A stretch of 64,000 nt of DNA from Eledone cirrhosa (lineage: Eukaryota). The notes under the pieces are model-generated. The model was given only the letters and a program-made list of their open reading frames with translations, did no database searches and was not told the origin of the DNA. Positions 1 through 12,740 of the stretch are shown here, in pieces. Made by a program: the position numbers and the translations under genes. Where the stretch lies: positions 3,906,001 through 3,970,000 of the forward strand of contig OZ024747.1 in the NCBI GenBank assembly GCA_964016885.1. Reading direction: 5' to 3'. Within the stretch, counting starts at the first letter, position 1, and each line of letters opens with the position of its first letter.

Positions 1-157
1 GACGTCATGCTTTCCAGCATAGTTACGTCCCTTTATGGTCTGAGTTCAAATCCCGCCGAGGTTAACTTTGCCTTACGGGGTCGATAAAATAAAGTACCAG
101 TAATGCACTGGGGTAATTGCTGACTTTGTGCCAAATGTAGAAACAATTATTATTATT
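1..157 (+). mobile_element. tRNA-derived SINE (cephalopod-type), cut by the window edge
   Basis: B-box GAGTTCAAATCCC, then the family core GTCGATAAAATAAAGTACCAG and an (ATT)n tail. The same core recurs more than 10 times in the window. Confidence 0.8.
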
Positions 158-317
158 GTGGCACTACTTAAACATGATCTCTGCAAAGACATAGCACCAC
201 ATGCCTGCTGCATGGTGGCACCAACACCAGGAGTCTGACTTTGCTCTTATATTCTAGTTCATTACCATTTGGCATAATCATTAAAATGTTGAACAATATT
301 TAGTTATAACTTTCTAG

Positions 318-452
318 ATTCTGAGTTCAAATCCTGCTGAGGTCAACTTTATATTCTTGTGAGGTCAATAAAATAAAGTAGCAGTCATGCACTGGGGTTG
401 ATATGATTAACTTTCTCTTCTCCTAAAATTGTTGGCCTTGTGCTTAATTAGA
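318..452 (+). mobile_element. tRNA-derived SINE, degenerate
   Basis: GAGTTCAAATCC...GGTCAATAAAATAAAGTAGCAG...GGCCTTGTGC matches the other SINE copies. Confidence 0.7.
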
Positions 453-857
453 AACCTGATGCTTAATTAGAATGCTCTCTTTCAAGGTAGATGTACGAGA
501 GAGTGTAGTTTTGAATGGTAGTAAATGGACAAGTGGTAAAATGAGGAGAATATGTGAAGTAGGGGTGTGGAGGTTGGATAGAGTGACAGATAGGTAGGGT
601 AGTGCTAACTATATGTTGGTTGTTGTCAATGTAGAAACCAGATGATAAGTTGTTGTCAGAGGGTTTTTAATTCAATGGTAAGAACTCTCAGTTGGTATCT
701 AAGAGATACTATGGAATTTTATTGTTCCTAGTGGTTGCTGGCAACATCTTTTTTCCGTCTCTAAGGGTTTTACCTGATTTTCTAACACTATTTTATAGTA
801 ACTGACTGTAAATGCAGTTATTTTCTGCAGTTGAGCATCCGACATCTTCTATAAATT

Positions 858-1049
858 TATTTCAGTGCAAGTAACTGGAATGGAAAAGTCATACATACAG
901 GTATTAAATTAAAAAATTTTAACCATCCTAAAACTAAAAAACCCAGCTGAGGGCATAAATAAATTGCTACAGCCATTGCTGGTGTCCCCCTCACACTGAA
1001 GGGGGCCCAGGGCAATTGCCCCCTTTGTCTCCCATTAAATCCGGCCCTG
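858..1049. mobile_element. GC-rich non-autonomous DNA element, hAT-like end (TAAATCCGGCCCTG)
   Basis: Reverse-complement similarity to 12299-12740 and 13354-13637, same-strand similarity to 47650-47871 (GGGCCCAGGGCAATTGCCCC; AACCATCCTAAAA). The CAGGG-type terminus suggests hAT by inference. Confidence 0.55.
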
Positions 1050-1609
1050 CTTGCTCTAACAACTCTACCTATTCACAACCTTGATGTCAACAACAAAAGT
1101 TTTATGTTCTGCTTCAAAATCATTTTGATAGTTTTTCTTATTTTTTACATTTATTTCTCGGCTATGAGTATTTCACTCCAATCTCCTCCTCCAACTACCA
1201 CTAGCTGTTTATTATCTCTCACCTGGTATTGAGTACATCTCTCAACTTACCTTTCTCTGACGTTATCTTTAAGGATTTCAAAGTACTTCTTAAATCTTGT
1301 ATCCCCTCCATGTTGCTGCTAGAGAGGATAAATCATTTTCAGACCTTAGCTATACCACTTAGTCTCCTCATCGGCTCCAATCACTATAGGGGAACCTCTT
1401 CATGGATGATTATCCTGCTGGAATTAACAGCCAAATCTCCCTCAAATCTCTGGAAACAGAAATACATCTCCAGAAATTTGATATATCATCTTTTTATTTC
1501 CTTCATTTGTTTTTACAGTGTTTTTTACATTTTGAAAAAAAAAAAGTTTTTTTTTTTCAAAGAAATGTTTTTTTCCTAACTTATTGATTTCTTTTTAAAA
1601 AATCTTCAG

Positions 1610-1757
1610 GTCACAATGACATCTGGTGTTAACAAGTTAGACGACTGTGTGATAATGGCACCTGACCATTGCAAAGAAATGCTTACAGTATTTTCTCATA
1701 TTAACAATGGTCAAAATTGTCTTGAACGAAACAATGGACACTATGAAGAATTATCAG
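1610..1757 (+). CDS. Penultimate coding exon of an unidentified host gene (VTMTSGVNKLDDCVIMAPDHCKEMLTVFSHINNGQNCLERNNGHYEELS)
   Basis: Pyrimidine tract and CAG acceptor at 1607-1609, 148 nt open, AG|GTAAAA donor. Its phase-1 end joins the next exon in frame. Confidence 0.7.
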
Positions 1758-1928
1758 GTAAAAATAACACCAGTTTTGAATGCAAAATTTAAGAAAAAAA
1801 CTTGATATTGATGAAATTTGACCAATAAAATAAAATAAAATATTTAATATATTATAACTATTATTTTTCTATTTTTGAATACTTCATATTAACGGGCACC
1901 ATTTTTTTCTGTGTTTTAATTTCCTCAG

Positions 1929-2227
1929 GTCTTAAGTCATCTCAGTTGAAAGAATTAAAATGTGGAGATTTAAAGTCGTTATCACAGACACTAGGGAAAG
2001 TAAAAGGTACAAATAGCAAAGACTGTTTGGATAGTGACCAGAACGCTCCTTCCAATGATGTCATAGATCTAAAGTCTTTTCGAGTAAGCAGTGCAACCAA
2101 CAACACACCAACCAACAGCAGTAATGTTACTACTGTACCTTCAGACACTTGGAATCTACAAATGAGGGACTGTTTTACAACCTACAATAAACCATTACCA
2201 GCAGTACCAAAGATCTCATATTCATAA
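1929..2227 (+). CDS. Terminal coding exon of the same gene (GLKSSQLKELKCG...YNKPLPAVPKISYS*)
   Basis: TTTCCTCAG acceptor, in frame with ORF 1946..2227, TAA stop, then an A-rich 3' UTR with AATAAA near 2372. Confidence 0.7.
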
Positions 2228-2615
2228 AAAAAAACAACAGAACAAAACAAACACAAAACAAATCAAAACAAAAGGAAATATTTTCAAAGGAAATATGTAC
2301 AGATAAACTTGACAAATAATGTTCCTTATGAAAAAATACGAAAAAAAGGATAAAATACAATATAAATGAAAATAAACAAAAATTGATACAAAAATTGCTA
2401 TACTGTGAATATAAAAAAACAAAACAAGAAAACAGGAATTTTTTTGTAAAAATTGTTACTTTTAAAAAAATGTTAAAATACTACAAAATATGATAAAAGA
2501 CGTTTTACATTTTAAATATTTTCGTTTAATGGATACAAGGATATAAAAGATATTTTCTTTTTTTTTTAATTCAAAATGGATGCAGGATATCTTATTTTAT
2601 TTTATTGTTTGTCTT

Positions 2616-2856
2616 TATGTGTGTATGTGAGTGTATGTGTCTGTGAGTGAGTGTGTGTATGTGGGTGAGTCTGTATGTGAGTGAGTGTGTGTAGGTGAGT
2701 CAGTGTATGTGTAGGTGAGTGAGTGTATGTGAGGAGTGTGTGTATGTGGGTGAGTGTGTATGTGAGTGAGTGTGTGTATTTAGGTGAGTGTGTATGTGAG
2801 TGAGTGTGTGAGGGTGAGTGAGTGTGTGTAGGTGAGTGAGTGTGTATATGTATGAA

Positions 2857-2930
<74 letters not shown>
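2616..2930. repeat. Compound (GT)n/(GTGA)n/(TA)n microsatellite
   Basis: Directly visible. Confidence 0.95.
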
Positions 2931-3344
2931 TAGGGTGGATTTGGTGTATGCTATGTAGTTTTTGTCCAATGTTCAAACCAACAATAGTATCGAAGATGCT
3001 AGAATCATTATGGAATTTTACCAGAGGGAAGAAACACATAACAATGGTCAAAATTACCTGGAAACCATCTTGTATTTATTTCAAATTTTTAACTTTCTTT
3101 CCTTCTTTCGCCTCTCTTCTTTTTCCCCTTTCTTTTATATTTTTTAAAACTTTGTTAATATGTCTTACCTAAAATATACAAACACGAACAATAAGATTTA
3201 TATATTTTATAGAAATATTGCATTGAAATCTCTCTGTATATGCTGTATATATGTAAAAATTGTACTATATGATGGTATATTGTGTGGACATAGAAGAGAG
3301 AAGACTGTACATGTTTCTCTTTCATGAGTGTTGTATTTGTTTTC

Positions 3345-3463
3345 ATATATAAATATATACACATATATATATAAATATATACATATATATATATATAAAT
3401 ATATACATACATATATATATAAATATATACATACATACATATATACATACATATATATGTATA

Positions 3464-3524
<61 letters not shown>

Positions 3525-3623
3525 TTTGTCCGTTGATGTAGAAATTTATTACTTGTGGAAAGTTTCTCTATAAACATATCACAAATTAAGGTGTGTATAT
3601 ATATGTGTATGTATATATATATG

Positions 3624-3654
<31 letters not shown>

Positions 3655-3712
3655 GTGTGTGTGTATATATATATATATATATTTATATACATATATATTT
3701 ATATATATATAC

Positions 3713-3787
<75 letters not shown>

Positions 3788-3825
3788 TATTTATAAATAT
3801 ATACATGTGTGTATATATATATATA

Positions 3826-3881
<56 letters not shown>

Positions 3882-4039
3882 TATTTATATATATATACAT
3901 GTGTGTATACATTCAACTTTGTCTGAATTCCTAAGCTGAGGAATTATCAGCACTGTGCACTGATTTATTCCGACTGCCGTACTCATCTTGGCTGATCTAT
4001 TATAACAAGATAAGGACACTTGTCAGAATAAATCATTGG

Positions 4040-4082
<43 letters not shown>

Positions 4083-4180
4083 AGTATATACATATATACA
4101 TACATATACACACATCACATATATATATATTATACATATATACATATATACATCAAGTATATACATATATACATACATAT

Positions 4181-4219
<39 letters not shown>

Positions 4220-4309
4220 TATACATATACATACATATATACATATACATACATATATACATATATATACATCAAATATATACATATATACATATATATA
4301 TATATATAA

Positions 4310-4344
<35 letters not shown>

Positions 4345-4362
4345 CATATATACATCAAATAT

Positions 4363-4449
<87 letters not shown>

Positions 4450-4460
4450 TATATATACAT
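3345..4460. repeat. Cluster of (TA)n/(TACA)n/(GA)n microsatellites
   Basis: Directly visible; explains the YI-repeat ORFs. Confidence 0.95.
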
Positions 4461-5366
4461 ACTTGTCTACATGTATATTTGTATATATAAATATTTGTGT
4501 ATATATATGAAGTACTATACTTGTAATCTCTGTTGGTTTTGATGATGATTGTTCTAGATGTTTGTTCAATGAAGTCTAGCATAACTGGTTGAGTATTCCA
4601 TGGATATATCTACCTATAATGCAATATTCAGGTACAATTAATATAACAACATAGCGTGTGACAAAGCTGGCTTTTTGAAATACATGTACAGTTCATCTGA
4701 TGGGCATCCACATAGTTTCTGTCCACGCAGTTTCATTCACACCAGAACTTAATGTGGTTGAAGTCAGAATCTTGTGATTTGTAAATCAAACTTTTTAATC
4801 ACTCAGCCACATACACATTTATTAACACCTGTCTATCTATCTGTCTATCTCTCTGTCTATCTATATACCAATCTGACTGTCTATGCTTCTGTGTGTCTAT
4901 GAGTCTGTCTTTGTTTCTGCCTGTCTATCTATCTATCTCCCTATATACCAATCTATCTGTCTATCTCCCTATACACCTATCTATCTGTCTATCTCCCTAT
5001 ATACCTATTTATCTGTCTGTATATACTATGCTTATGCAGAAATGCGAATAGAAGCCATATTCTATAAAAAGAAAGTAGAATATATATAATTTATATTCCT
5101 GGAGGACATATAGAATACTTTATTGCTTATGTGTGTGGTACATATATTTGCATGGTATAGAAGTCTCTATATAATTGTGTATATGTATATATATATACAC
5201 AGTTCAAGAGTAACCAATCTTAAAGCGAGAGATGGAGATAGGAGAGGAGAAGAGAGATTGGTGAATTAGTTAGAAGCCAAAAGTGTAAAGGCATGTGCTC
5301 AATGTGCAATATGCAGTGGAAGGCAGCTAGGTGGCTGGGTTCTTGCAGAGGTGCAATAGATGTTCG

Positions 5367-5612
5367 ACATCTCTATCTAGGCTCATTAAAAACCTTAAAT
5401 TAACCAACATTGAACACTCACTAACATGGGATATCTTGGCTAGAGCCCAACCGTTCAATAGATGAAGAAACTCTTGTGATCTCTGTCTTACCGAATCCTA
5501 TTACATAACTCTATCACGACCTCTACCGATTAATGATAGAATGGAGGTAACTATTAGCTGTCAACATCGAAGGGCTAATTCCTTCGCCAACAGAATATTT
5601 GACCCAAGATAG
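5367..5612 (+). pseudogene. Penelope-like element GIY-YIG endonuclease C-terminus, one internal stop
   Basis: Translates as TSLSRLIKNLKLTNIEHSLTWDILARAQPFNR*RNSCDLCLTESYYI...INDRMEVTISCQHRRANSF. This fits the SLS..I..LK / W.IL..A / CxLCxxE / N.R.E...C.HR pattern of PLE endonuclease ends. Confidence 0.8.
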
Positions 5613-5972
5613 TCATTTAATCCCACTTTTTCTTATAGCTAACTTAGATAATTATAAGTTACCTTACATTGTCTCTCACTTAAACTCATTAGCACTTCTT
5701 AACTATAAAACACCTACAATTTCTAATTTCTCGAGGAGTTACTTCCCCTGAAACCAGCCTCTAATTAGTAAGATAAATATGTCCTTTGGCGGCCATCTTG
5801 TTACCCATAGGCAGATTTCGCATATTGCAGCCTCGACAGAAGAATATTGCTTGCCTATGGCAGCCAATAGATATAGGGAGATAGACCCAGGACACCATAG
5901 TGAAATACCAATATATGGAACATTACATTCATGTAACCATCTTTCTTTACCTTAATTTATACTCTTTTTGAA

Positions 5973-6091
5973 GTTCTGATGAACTGCTCCGATTTTACCT
6001 AAGTTAATTATCTTCAACTGAACCAGATCAATAATGATCTATAATCATTTGATCCAGAAATATTATATGGAGTAGCAAAACAATTGTAAAC
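5973..6091 (+). ncRNA. Type I hammerhead ribozyme motif in the PLE 3' region, with a long stem II insert and a decayed GAAA
   Basis: GTT-CTGATGA-a-CTGCTCC-(78 nt)-GGAGTAG-c-AAAAC-AATT-GTA-AAC. Stem I is GTT/AAC, loop III is palindromic AATT, the site is GUA. GAAA to AAAA fits CpG decay. Confidence 0.65.
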
Positions 6092-6214
6092 AGACATTAT
6101 TAGTATTATTATTATTATATTTTACATTCCTTACATTAAACTAAAACTATGTTGACAATCTTTTAATAATGTCTTCCTTGTGAAATTTGTGGTCTTGTTT
6201 TGCTTAACTAATGA

Positions 6215-6248
<34 letters not shown>

Positions 6249-7099
6249 ATTTATATATATATACATATATATATAATTGTGTATATGTATATATATATAT
6301 ATATATGTGTGTCTGTATATTTATATATATATACATATATATATATACGTATGTGTATATTTATATATATATATATGTGTGTGTGTGTGCATATATACAT
6401 ATGTGTGTGTGCATGTTTTATTAGAGATGTGGCTGTTTGAATGTAATATTACTTTCATTAAGTATTTTTTATATTTCCTAAATTAAACTTTTATATTTAA
6501 TTTGTAAGTATAGCTTTCCCCAAATCCATTAGTTTATTAATATTTCATGACCTTTTCAGCCTCATCATCAGAAGAAAGTGATGGAAGTTATAACAGGTTG
6601 TTAATGTGCTTTGTAGTAGGTTGCAAATTATCATGGGAATACTGGTAAAGAATTAACATATATTATTGTTGGAAATATGACATATATCACAAAGAGTCTC
6701 CAATACATGATGGTGCTTATATTTAATACAAAACTGAGTTTTATGCCGAAGCAAAACTTCTTTGTTCTATCAACCGGTAACTTCTTGCAGCAGAGTCATT
6801 AGAGCATTGGATAAACTACCTTTCAGTACTTTGTCTCTTGTGTTCAATACATAAATATATGTGTCCGAAACGTTAAGACACTCTTATATATATATGGGAG
6901 AACCCTTCAGTTGAGTCAAAGATATGACAACCTCCCCTGTGCATTTGATAAAACATGAGACCTTATGTAAGCAAGATCCCTGTCATGTCTGGGATTTATT
7001 CCCTCTCTTTACCTTCTTAGTTAAACTCCCACTATGGTCAACTTTATCTTTTATCCTTCCAATTTCTATAAAAAGAAAGGTCCAGTTGCATATTGGATT

Positions 7100-7233
7100 T
7101 GATTCAATTGTTGAACACCTACCTCCAAATTCATAGTCTTGTGCTGAAATTAAAGCACCAGTAATGCACTGGGGTCAATTTAATCAACTCCACACCCCTT
7201 CAAATTGCTGGCCTTATGCCTAAAATAGAAACA

Positions 7234-7275
<42 letters not shown>

Positions 7276-7280
7276 GTTAT
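7100..7280 (+). mobile_element. SINE 3' part with a long (ATT)n tail
   Basis: AAAGCACCAGTAATGCACTGGGGTC...TTGCTGGCCTTATGCC...TAGAAACAATTATT. Confidence 0.7.
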
Positions 7281-7508
7281 TGTTCTTTGAGTCTCAGTCA
7301 TTGATGTTAGTTAACTGGAAAGTTTGTTGAAATGAATATCAAGCCACTACCTGCAGCCTCAGATATTCAGGACGTATCGGAGGGTTCTTGCTGTTCCCAG
7401 CAAGCATGCCTTTTGAAGCGTTCCAAAAAGCGTGAAGGGGCCAATTTTCTTTAACCATCCCTGGAAACTTTTTTAGATAGTACCTAGTGCGCCTATGACA
7501 ATCGGGAC

Positions 7509-7510
<2 letters not shown>
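7281..7510 (-). mobile_element. 5'-truncated R4/Dong-type non-LTR retrotransposon 3' end inserted in (TAA)n
   Basis: Minus strand 7508-7359 translates as VPIVIGALGTI*KSFQGWLKKIGPFTLFGTLQKACLLGTARTLRYVLNI*, the typical C-terminus after the restriction-like endonuclease. (TAA)n lies on both sides. Confidence 0.8.
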
Positions 7511-7554
<44 letters not shown>

Positions 7555-7647
7555 TACGGGGTTGATAAAATAAAGTACCAGTAATGTACTGGGTAATTGC
7601 TGGCCTTGTGCCAAAAGTAGAAACAATTATTATTATTATTATTATTA
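7555..7647 (+). mobile_element. SINE 3' half
   Basis: ACGGGGTTGATAAAATAAAGTACCAG... followed by (ATT)n. Confidence 0.75.
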
Positions 7648-8117
7648 TATAAAAGTCAATGAATGTGAGTGTTTCTTTATATTTTCTGTTCCATTTTCCG
7701 AAGTTTACCTGAGTAGACGTGACTAGAGGAAAATATTTGATAATTCTGTATCACTAATTGAAGAAAACAACAACAAACTAACAAAAATCATGGTAGAAAC
7801 ATGTTTTGTATATCAATAAAAAAAAAAGAGTAAAAAGAAAACTGGAAATTAAATAGAAAAATAATTTAAAATATTGATTTTGTTATTGAAACAATCAATA
7901 AGATGTGAGACATAGACGACAATCTTTTGAAGGGTATGTGATACGCAGGCTGGATTATACATGCTATATATACAGGCATACATACATATATACACACATA
8001 TATACATATATACACACATACATACATATATACAGGCATACATACATACATATATACACACATACATAAAAGCAGTTTCGGCTTCTGTGACACATAAGCT
8101 GAAACTGCTTGGCACCG

Positions 8118-8153
<36 letters not shown>

Positions 8154-8156
<3 letters not shown>

Positions 8157-8396
8157 TGTAATAAACAACATAAAACAATTATTCCATTTACCAAAGGTTT
8201 CACGAAGACAGATGAGCTCAACACAGACGTCTGAAATCGCTCATCAGAATTTTTATTCTGATGAGTGATTTCTGTCTTCGTGAAACCTTTGGTAAATGGA
8301 ATAATTGTCTTATGTTGTTTATTACATAATTAAATAGCTCTGTAGCTTACATAGAGCACTCTCCTTTCCTTTACCCTTCCTACGGAAATATTTCAT
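8154..8396 (+). mobile_element. Fold-back mini-PLE with hammerhead motifs in both arms and a single-copy tail
   Basis: Inverted repeat 8154-8329 (the left arm has an extra ~22 nt). CTGATGA at 8258 and GAAAC at 8282 on +, mirrored on -. Tail carries TAGAGCACTC; (TA)n on both sides. Confidence 0.75.
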
Positions 8397-9250
8397 ATAT
8401 ATATATATGTAAATACATGCACATACATACTTTCTTACTTAAACAGCCATACAAACATACACACACATATATATATATATATATCCCTCCAGTCAGGACC
8501 CAGCTGAAATCGATCTGCAGCTTGTCTTAATCCTTCATCTCATTAACTCTGATTGAACGGTTATTCCAACAAGTAGAGTTCTTTAAAACTATTTTTATAT
8601 CATCTGGTCTGAGCCTCATAAAACCAAAAACAAGATTCCTGACATGACAAAACCTTTCATACATAAAACACCTAAAATACAGTAAATTTCAACATTTCAT
8701 TGCTGCATGCTCTCTCTCTCTCTCTCTCTCTCTCTCGCTCTCCCCCCCCTCTCTCTCTCTCTCTCTCTCTGTATTCATTACAATTTTTACTGGTGTTTCA
8801 TATTAAATACAAACATTTCAAACTCTATGTTGTATGCCCACATGAATGTATATATCTATGTGCATACATGTATGTATGTATGCGTGCACGTATATATTTA
8901 AGTATGCATGTGTATGTGAATGTATGTAAGTATGTGTGTCTATGTATATATGTATAGCTTGTTTATGTAAATATCAAATTTATCCAATACGTACTTGCTT
9001 ATGAATGTATACATAATGTACATATGTATATATATATATATATATATATATGTTTGTGCTTGAATGATATACATATAATGTATGATATAATAATATACAA
9101 GTATGAATTTCTACAGATGTAGACCAGCTACAAAACACACTCACACCTTCATACAAAGTATGTATATATATATATGTATGTATATATATATATATATGTA
9201 TATATATGTGTATGTATATATATGTGTATATATATATGTATATATATATG

Positions 9251-9320
<70 letters not shown>

Positions 9321-9483
9321 TTCCTCTGCCATTTTGTTTCCTGTATATGATGCCATCCAGAAAGTTCCATCAACATGTCATCTGTAATATAAATTTAAGA
9401 TAAAATAAAATAAAATACTAAATCTGTTTTTCTTTTTGTGTTTATTTATGAGTATACAAACTGTGTATATACTTTTAGATTTG

Positions 9484-9537
<54 letters not shown>

Positions 9538-9634
9538 TGTATTAATGTATATCTCTTTATATATTGTGATATGTAACCAATATTGAAGCCATTGCTATGT
9601 ATATGAGTATTTATGTATGTATACATGTATGTGT

Positions 9635-10122
9635 TTTCATCCTCAGTGTATACTGATTAATGTTCAGAGCCATCCTCAGCATTCTCGTGTAACACCCATC
9701 CACCATCTGAGTGAGTTTCTTGGTCAGTGTCCAAGTCTCAGACCCATACAGCAGCACAGACTCTACTACAGCAATGAAGAGTCGGATTTTCAGGTCTATA
9801 CGAAGGTCCGACTTCCACACCGATCTCAGAGCTGTATGGGAGCATCCCAAATGTCAGCTCAAAAGTGACACAGAGGAGACTGAGGTTGGCTGGACATGCT
9901 CATCGACATCCAGAGTTGACATTGCACTCAGTACTCCTTTGGGAGCCCCTACATAGACACACTAGAAGAGGAAGACCAAGGTTAACGTATGTTGATGCCC
10001 TAAGGACAGACACTGGTCTGTTGGAGACGCAGGACATGGCAGCGATAATGAGGGACAGAGACCACTGGAGAGAACTCGTCCATGGATCTCGGAAATTTTA
10101 CCCGCCTTAGATAGATAGATAG
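9635..10122 (+). mobile_element. RTE-clade LINE 3' end with a 5' inversion, (TAGA)n tail and 12-bp TSD
   Basis: 9635-9824 encodes ...VESVLLYGSETWTLTK...RMLRMALNI on minus. 9825-10110 encodes ...RRLRLAGH...RGRPRLTYVD...DRDHW on plus. ACATGTATGTGT occurs at 9623-9634 and 10123-10134. Confidence 0.85.
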
Positions 10123-10249
10123 ACATGTATGTGTATATACTATGTATACATGTATGTGTATATACTATGTATGCATTGCATATATGTGTATATACTATGT
10201 ATACATGTATGCAGTGACGGACTGGGTCTAAAACTATTGGTTGCCAGGA

Positions 10250-10357
10250 GATGAAGGGGGTCCACCTACATATAGAATGAAGGGGGCCCACCTACATATA
10301 GAATGAAGGGGGCCCACCTACATACAGAATGAAGGTGGCCCACCTACATATAGAATG
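10250..10357. repeat. Short minisatellite, about 4 copies of ATGAAGGGGGCCCACCTACATATAGA
   Basis: Directly visible. Confidence 0.85.
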
Positions 10358-10584
10358 CTATCATTTAATTTGTTTAATGAATAAATAACATTTTTTTAAA
10401 ATACATGGATGGAAACAAAACAGTGCAATCAAATTTTTGCAGAAAAATCTCTTACCTTCTCCAATAAAAAATATTATGTATTTTGCGAAATCCAGAGACT
10501 TTCACTAATGACCAGAAGTCAACCCTAAATCTTACTAATAGCTCTAGGAAAGCCATGAACATCATCACATTTTTTTAACTTTGA

Positions 10585-10866
10585 TTTTGAAAGTAGGTTT
10601 ATAATTATCAATTTTCATTATAATTTTGTAGCTGTCTCGGTGGCCTAGTTGGAGGAATCATGGACAGTGGTGATCCTGGTCTGAAGTTCAATCCTGGTCA
10701 GTTTTTTTTCTGTAGGTTGTAAAATAAAAACTGTTATAAAATAAAACCCATGGCCATGATTGAACCCAAGGCCAGGATCTCCACCGTCTCTAGTATCTAC
10801 CACCAGGCCACAGAGACAACTACAAAATTCTTATGAAAATTCATACTTATAAACCTACTTTCAAAA
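10585..10866. mobile_element. Inverted-repeat element with a tRNA-like Pol III cassette in each arm
   Basis: Arms about 10585-10700 and 10751-10866. A-box TGGCCTAGTTGG (10641) and B-box GTTCAATCC (10686), then a T-run; diverged mirror on minus. Confidence 0.6.
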
Positions 10867-10964
10867 TGTTCAAAACAAAGTGTTGTTGTGTCATTCACGT
10901 TATTGCTCCGGAGAGTTTGTCATGTCATTGATACAACTGAAGGGTCCTCCAATACCATTAATAT

Positions 10965-11175
10965 TATCTTTGGCAGTATCAGTGAAACGTCAGACACCAT
11001 GCTTTATGGCATAGAGTTATGGCCCTTTGCGATCTGATTTCAAATCCCGCCGAGGTTAGCTTTGCCTTTCATCTGGGTCGATAAAATAAAGTAGCAGTAA
11101 TGCACTGGGGTAGATTTAATCGACTTTCCTCTTTGCCAAAATTGTTGGCCTTCTGCCTAAACCAGAAACCAATGT
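10965..11175 (+). mobile_element. tRNA-derived SINE
   Basis: Full head-core-3' arrangement similar to the copy at 19542. Confidence 0.75.
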
Positions 11176-11394
11176 TATCCATAGTATTTATGCTATCCTT
11201 GGTTTCTTCCCCTTCATTCTCCTCCTCCTCCTCATTATCACAGTTGTCATCATCATCATCATCATGATTGTGACCTAACAATTTGCCTGCTATTACAGTT
11301 AACTACAGCCCAGTCAAGTTACCATAGAACATAAGGTTGTTAAATTCTACTTGACAGTAAAAATGACTGAGCAGCTGAATCGGCTAATTTCCTA

Positions 11395-11550
11395 TAGATA
11401 CACATATACACATACATGCACACATATACACATACACATACACACATACATACACACACATAGACACTCTGAGGCAAATATATAATTCACATATCCAGAC
11501 ATGATTATATATATATGTGTGTATATATATATTTCTACACACACACACAC

Positions 11551-11581
<31 letters not shown>

Positions 11582-11605
11582 TATATATATATGCCTATAT
11601 ACATC

Positions 11606-11691
<86 letters not shown>

Positions 11692-11743
11692 CATATATAC
11701 ATCTACATATATATAATATATATATATATGCATATATACATCT

Positions 11744-11782
<39 letters not shown>

Positions 11783-11792
11783 TATATACATC

Positions 11793-11832
<40 letters not shown>

Positions 11833-11843
11833 TATATACATCT

Positions 11844-11885
<42 letters not shown>

Positions 11886-11900
11886 CAATATATGTAGATG

Positions 11901-11934
<34 letters not shown>

Positions 11935-12000
11935 CATCTACATATATTGATATACATATATATGCATACACATATACATATACACATGCACATATATTGA
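11395..12000. repeat. Compound (TA)n/(CA)n microsatellite with repeated GCATATATACATCTAC units
   Basis: Directly visible. Confidence 0.9.
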
Positions 12001-12298
12001 TGACAGTATTGAGCATAATGATGATGATGATGTTGATATGTTTTACAATCTGCAGTGCAGCAACTTCTCTGTTTACCAATCTAACAATGCTTACCATAAT
12101 ACTATACCTTTGCATCACTATTAACAACCTGTTTGCTCCTCTTTATAAATGAGAATTATGAAATAGTCTTAGATTTTCTTATACCTTTTTTTTTTTTTGC
12201 AGTAGTTTCTATATTTTGGTAGGAGAAATGTTAATAGCATCATTTTTATAACTGTTACTGCTACAAGTTAGTTGTTGCAGTTGTTTGTTTAACCCATG

Positions 12299-12740
12299 CA
12301 GGGTTTGATTTAGACATTAGGGATTTAATGAGAGGCAAAGGAGGGCAATTGCTCCAGATCCCCTGCCGTAGAGACCCCACCAGTGATGGCCGTAGCAATA
12401 TATTTGTGCCCCATGCTGGGCTTTTTAGTGTTAGGATGGTTAGAATTTTTGAATTTAGCCCTTTAATTCTTTCACCTCTTTCTGTTCAAACTGGCCGTAA
12501 CCGGCCGGTCATACTGACATTACAGTATTTTTCTCAAAATAAATAACATCCAAATCTCATAGATTCGATATTATGTGAGATAAAGCCTTTATCACAGAAA
12601 TAGTAAATATAGAGTGATGTAAATGGTAAAGGATTAATACCTGTAGGTATAACTTTTCAATTCCAATTACTTGTGCCAAGCTAACTTTGATACGTAAAAT
12701 TGGAGCTTTGCTGTGTATTGTATTTTGTTGTGTATGAGCC
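12299..12740. mobile_element. hAT-like non-autonomous element interrupted by a piggyBac-type MITE
   Basis: Matches 13354-13637 once 12459-12637 is removed. Confidence 0.6.
12455..12637. mobile_element. piggyBac-type MITE inserted at TTAA
   Basis: TTAG-CCCTTT...AAAGGA-TTAA. The empty site ATTTAATACCTGTAGG is seen near 13502. Homologous to 13739-13950. Confidence 0.7.

Noticed and set aside
1140-1470. Possible LINE endonuclease remnant (ORF 1229..1579)
   Set aside because: Only a weak resemblance to the SDH motif; too degenerate to support.
3918-4040. CTGAGGA plus a hairpin as a hammerhead
   Set aside because: No GAAA follows stem II and there is no convincing stem I.
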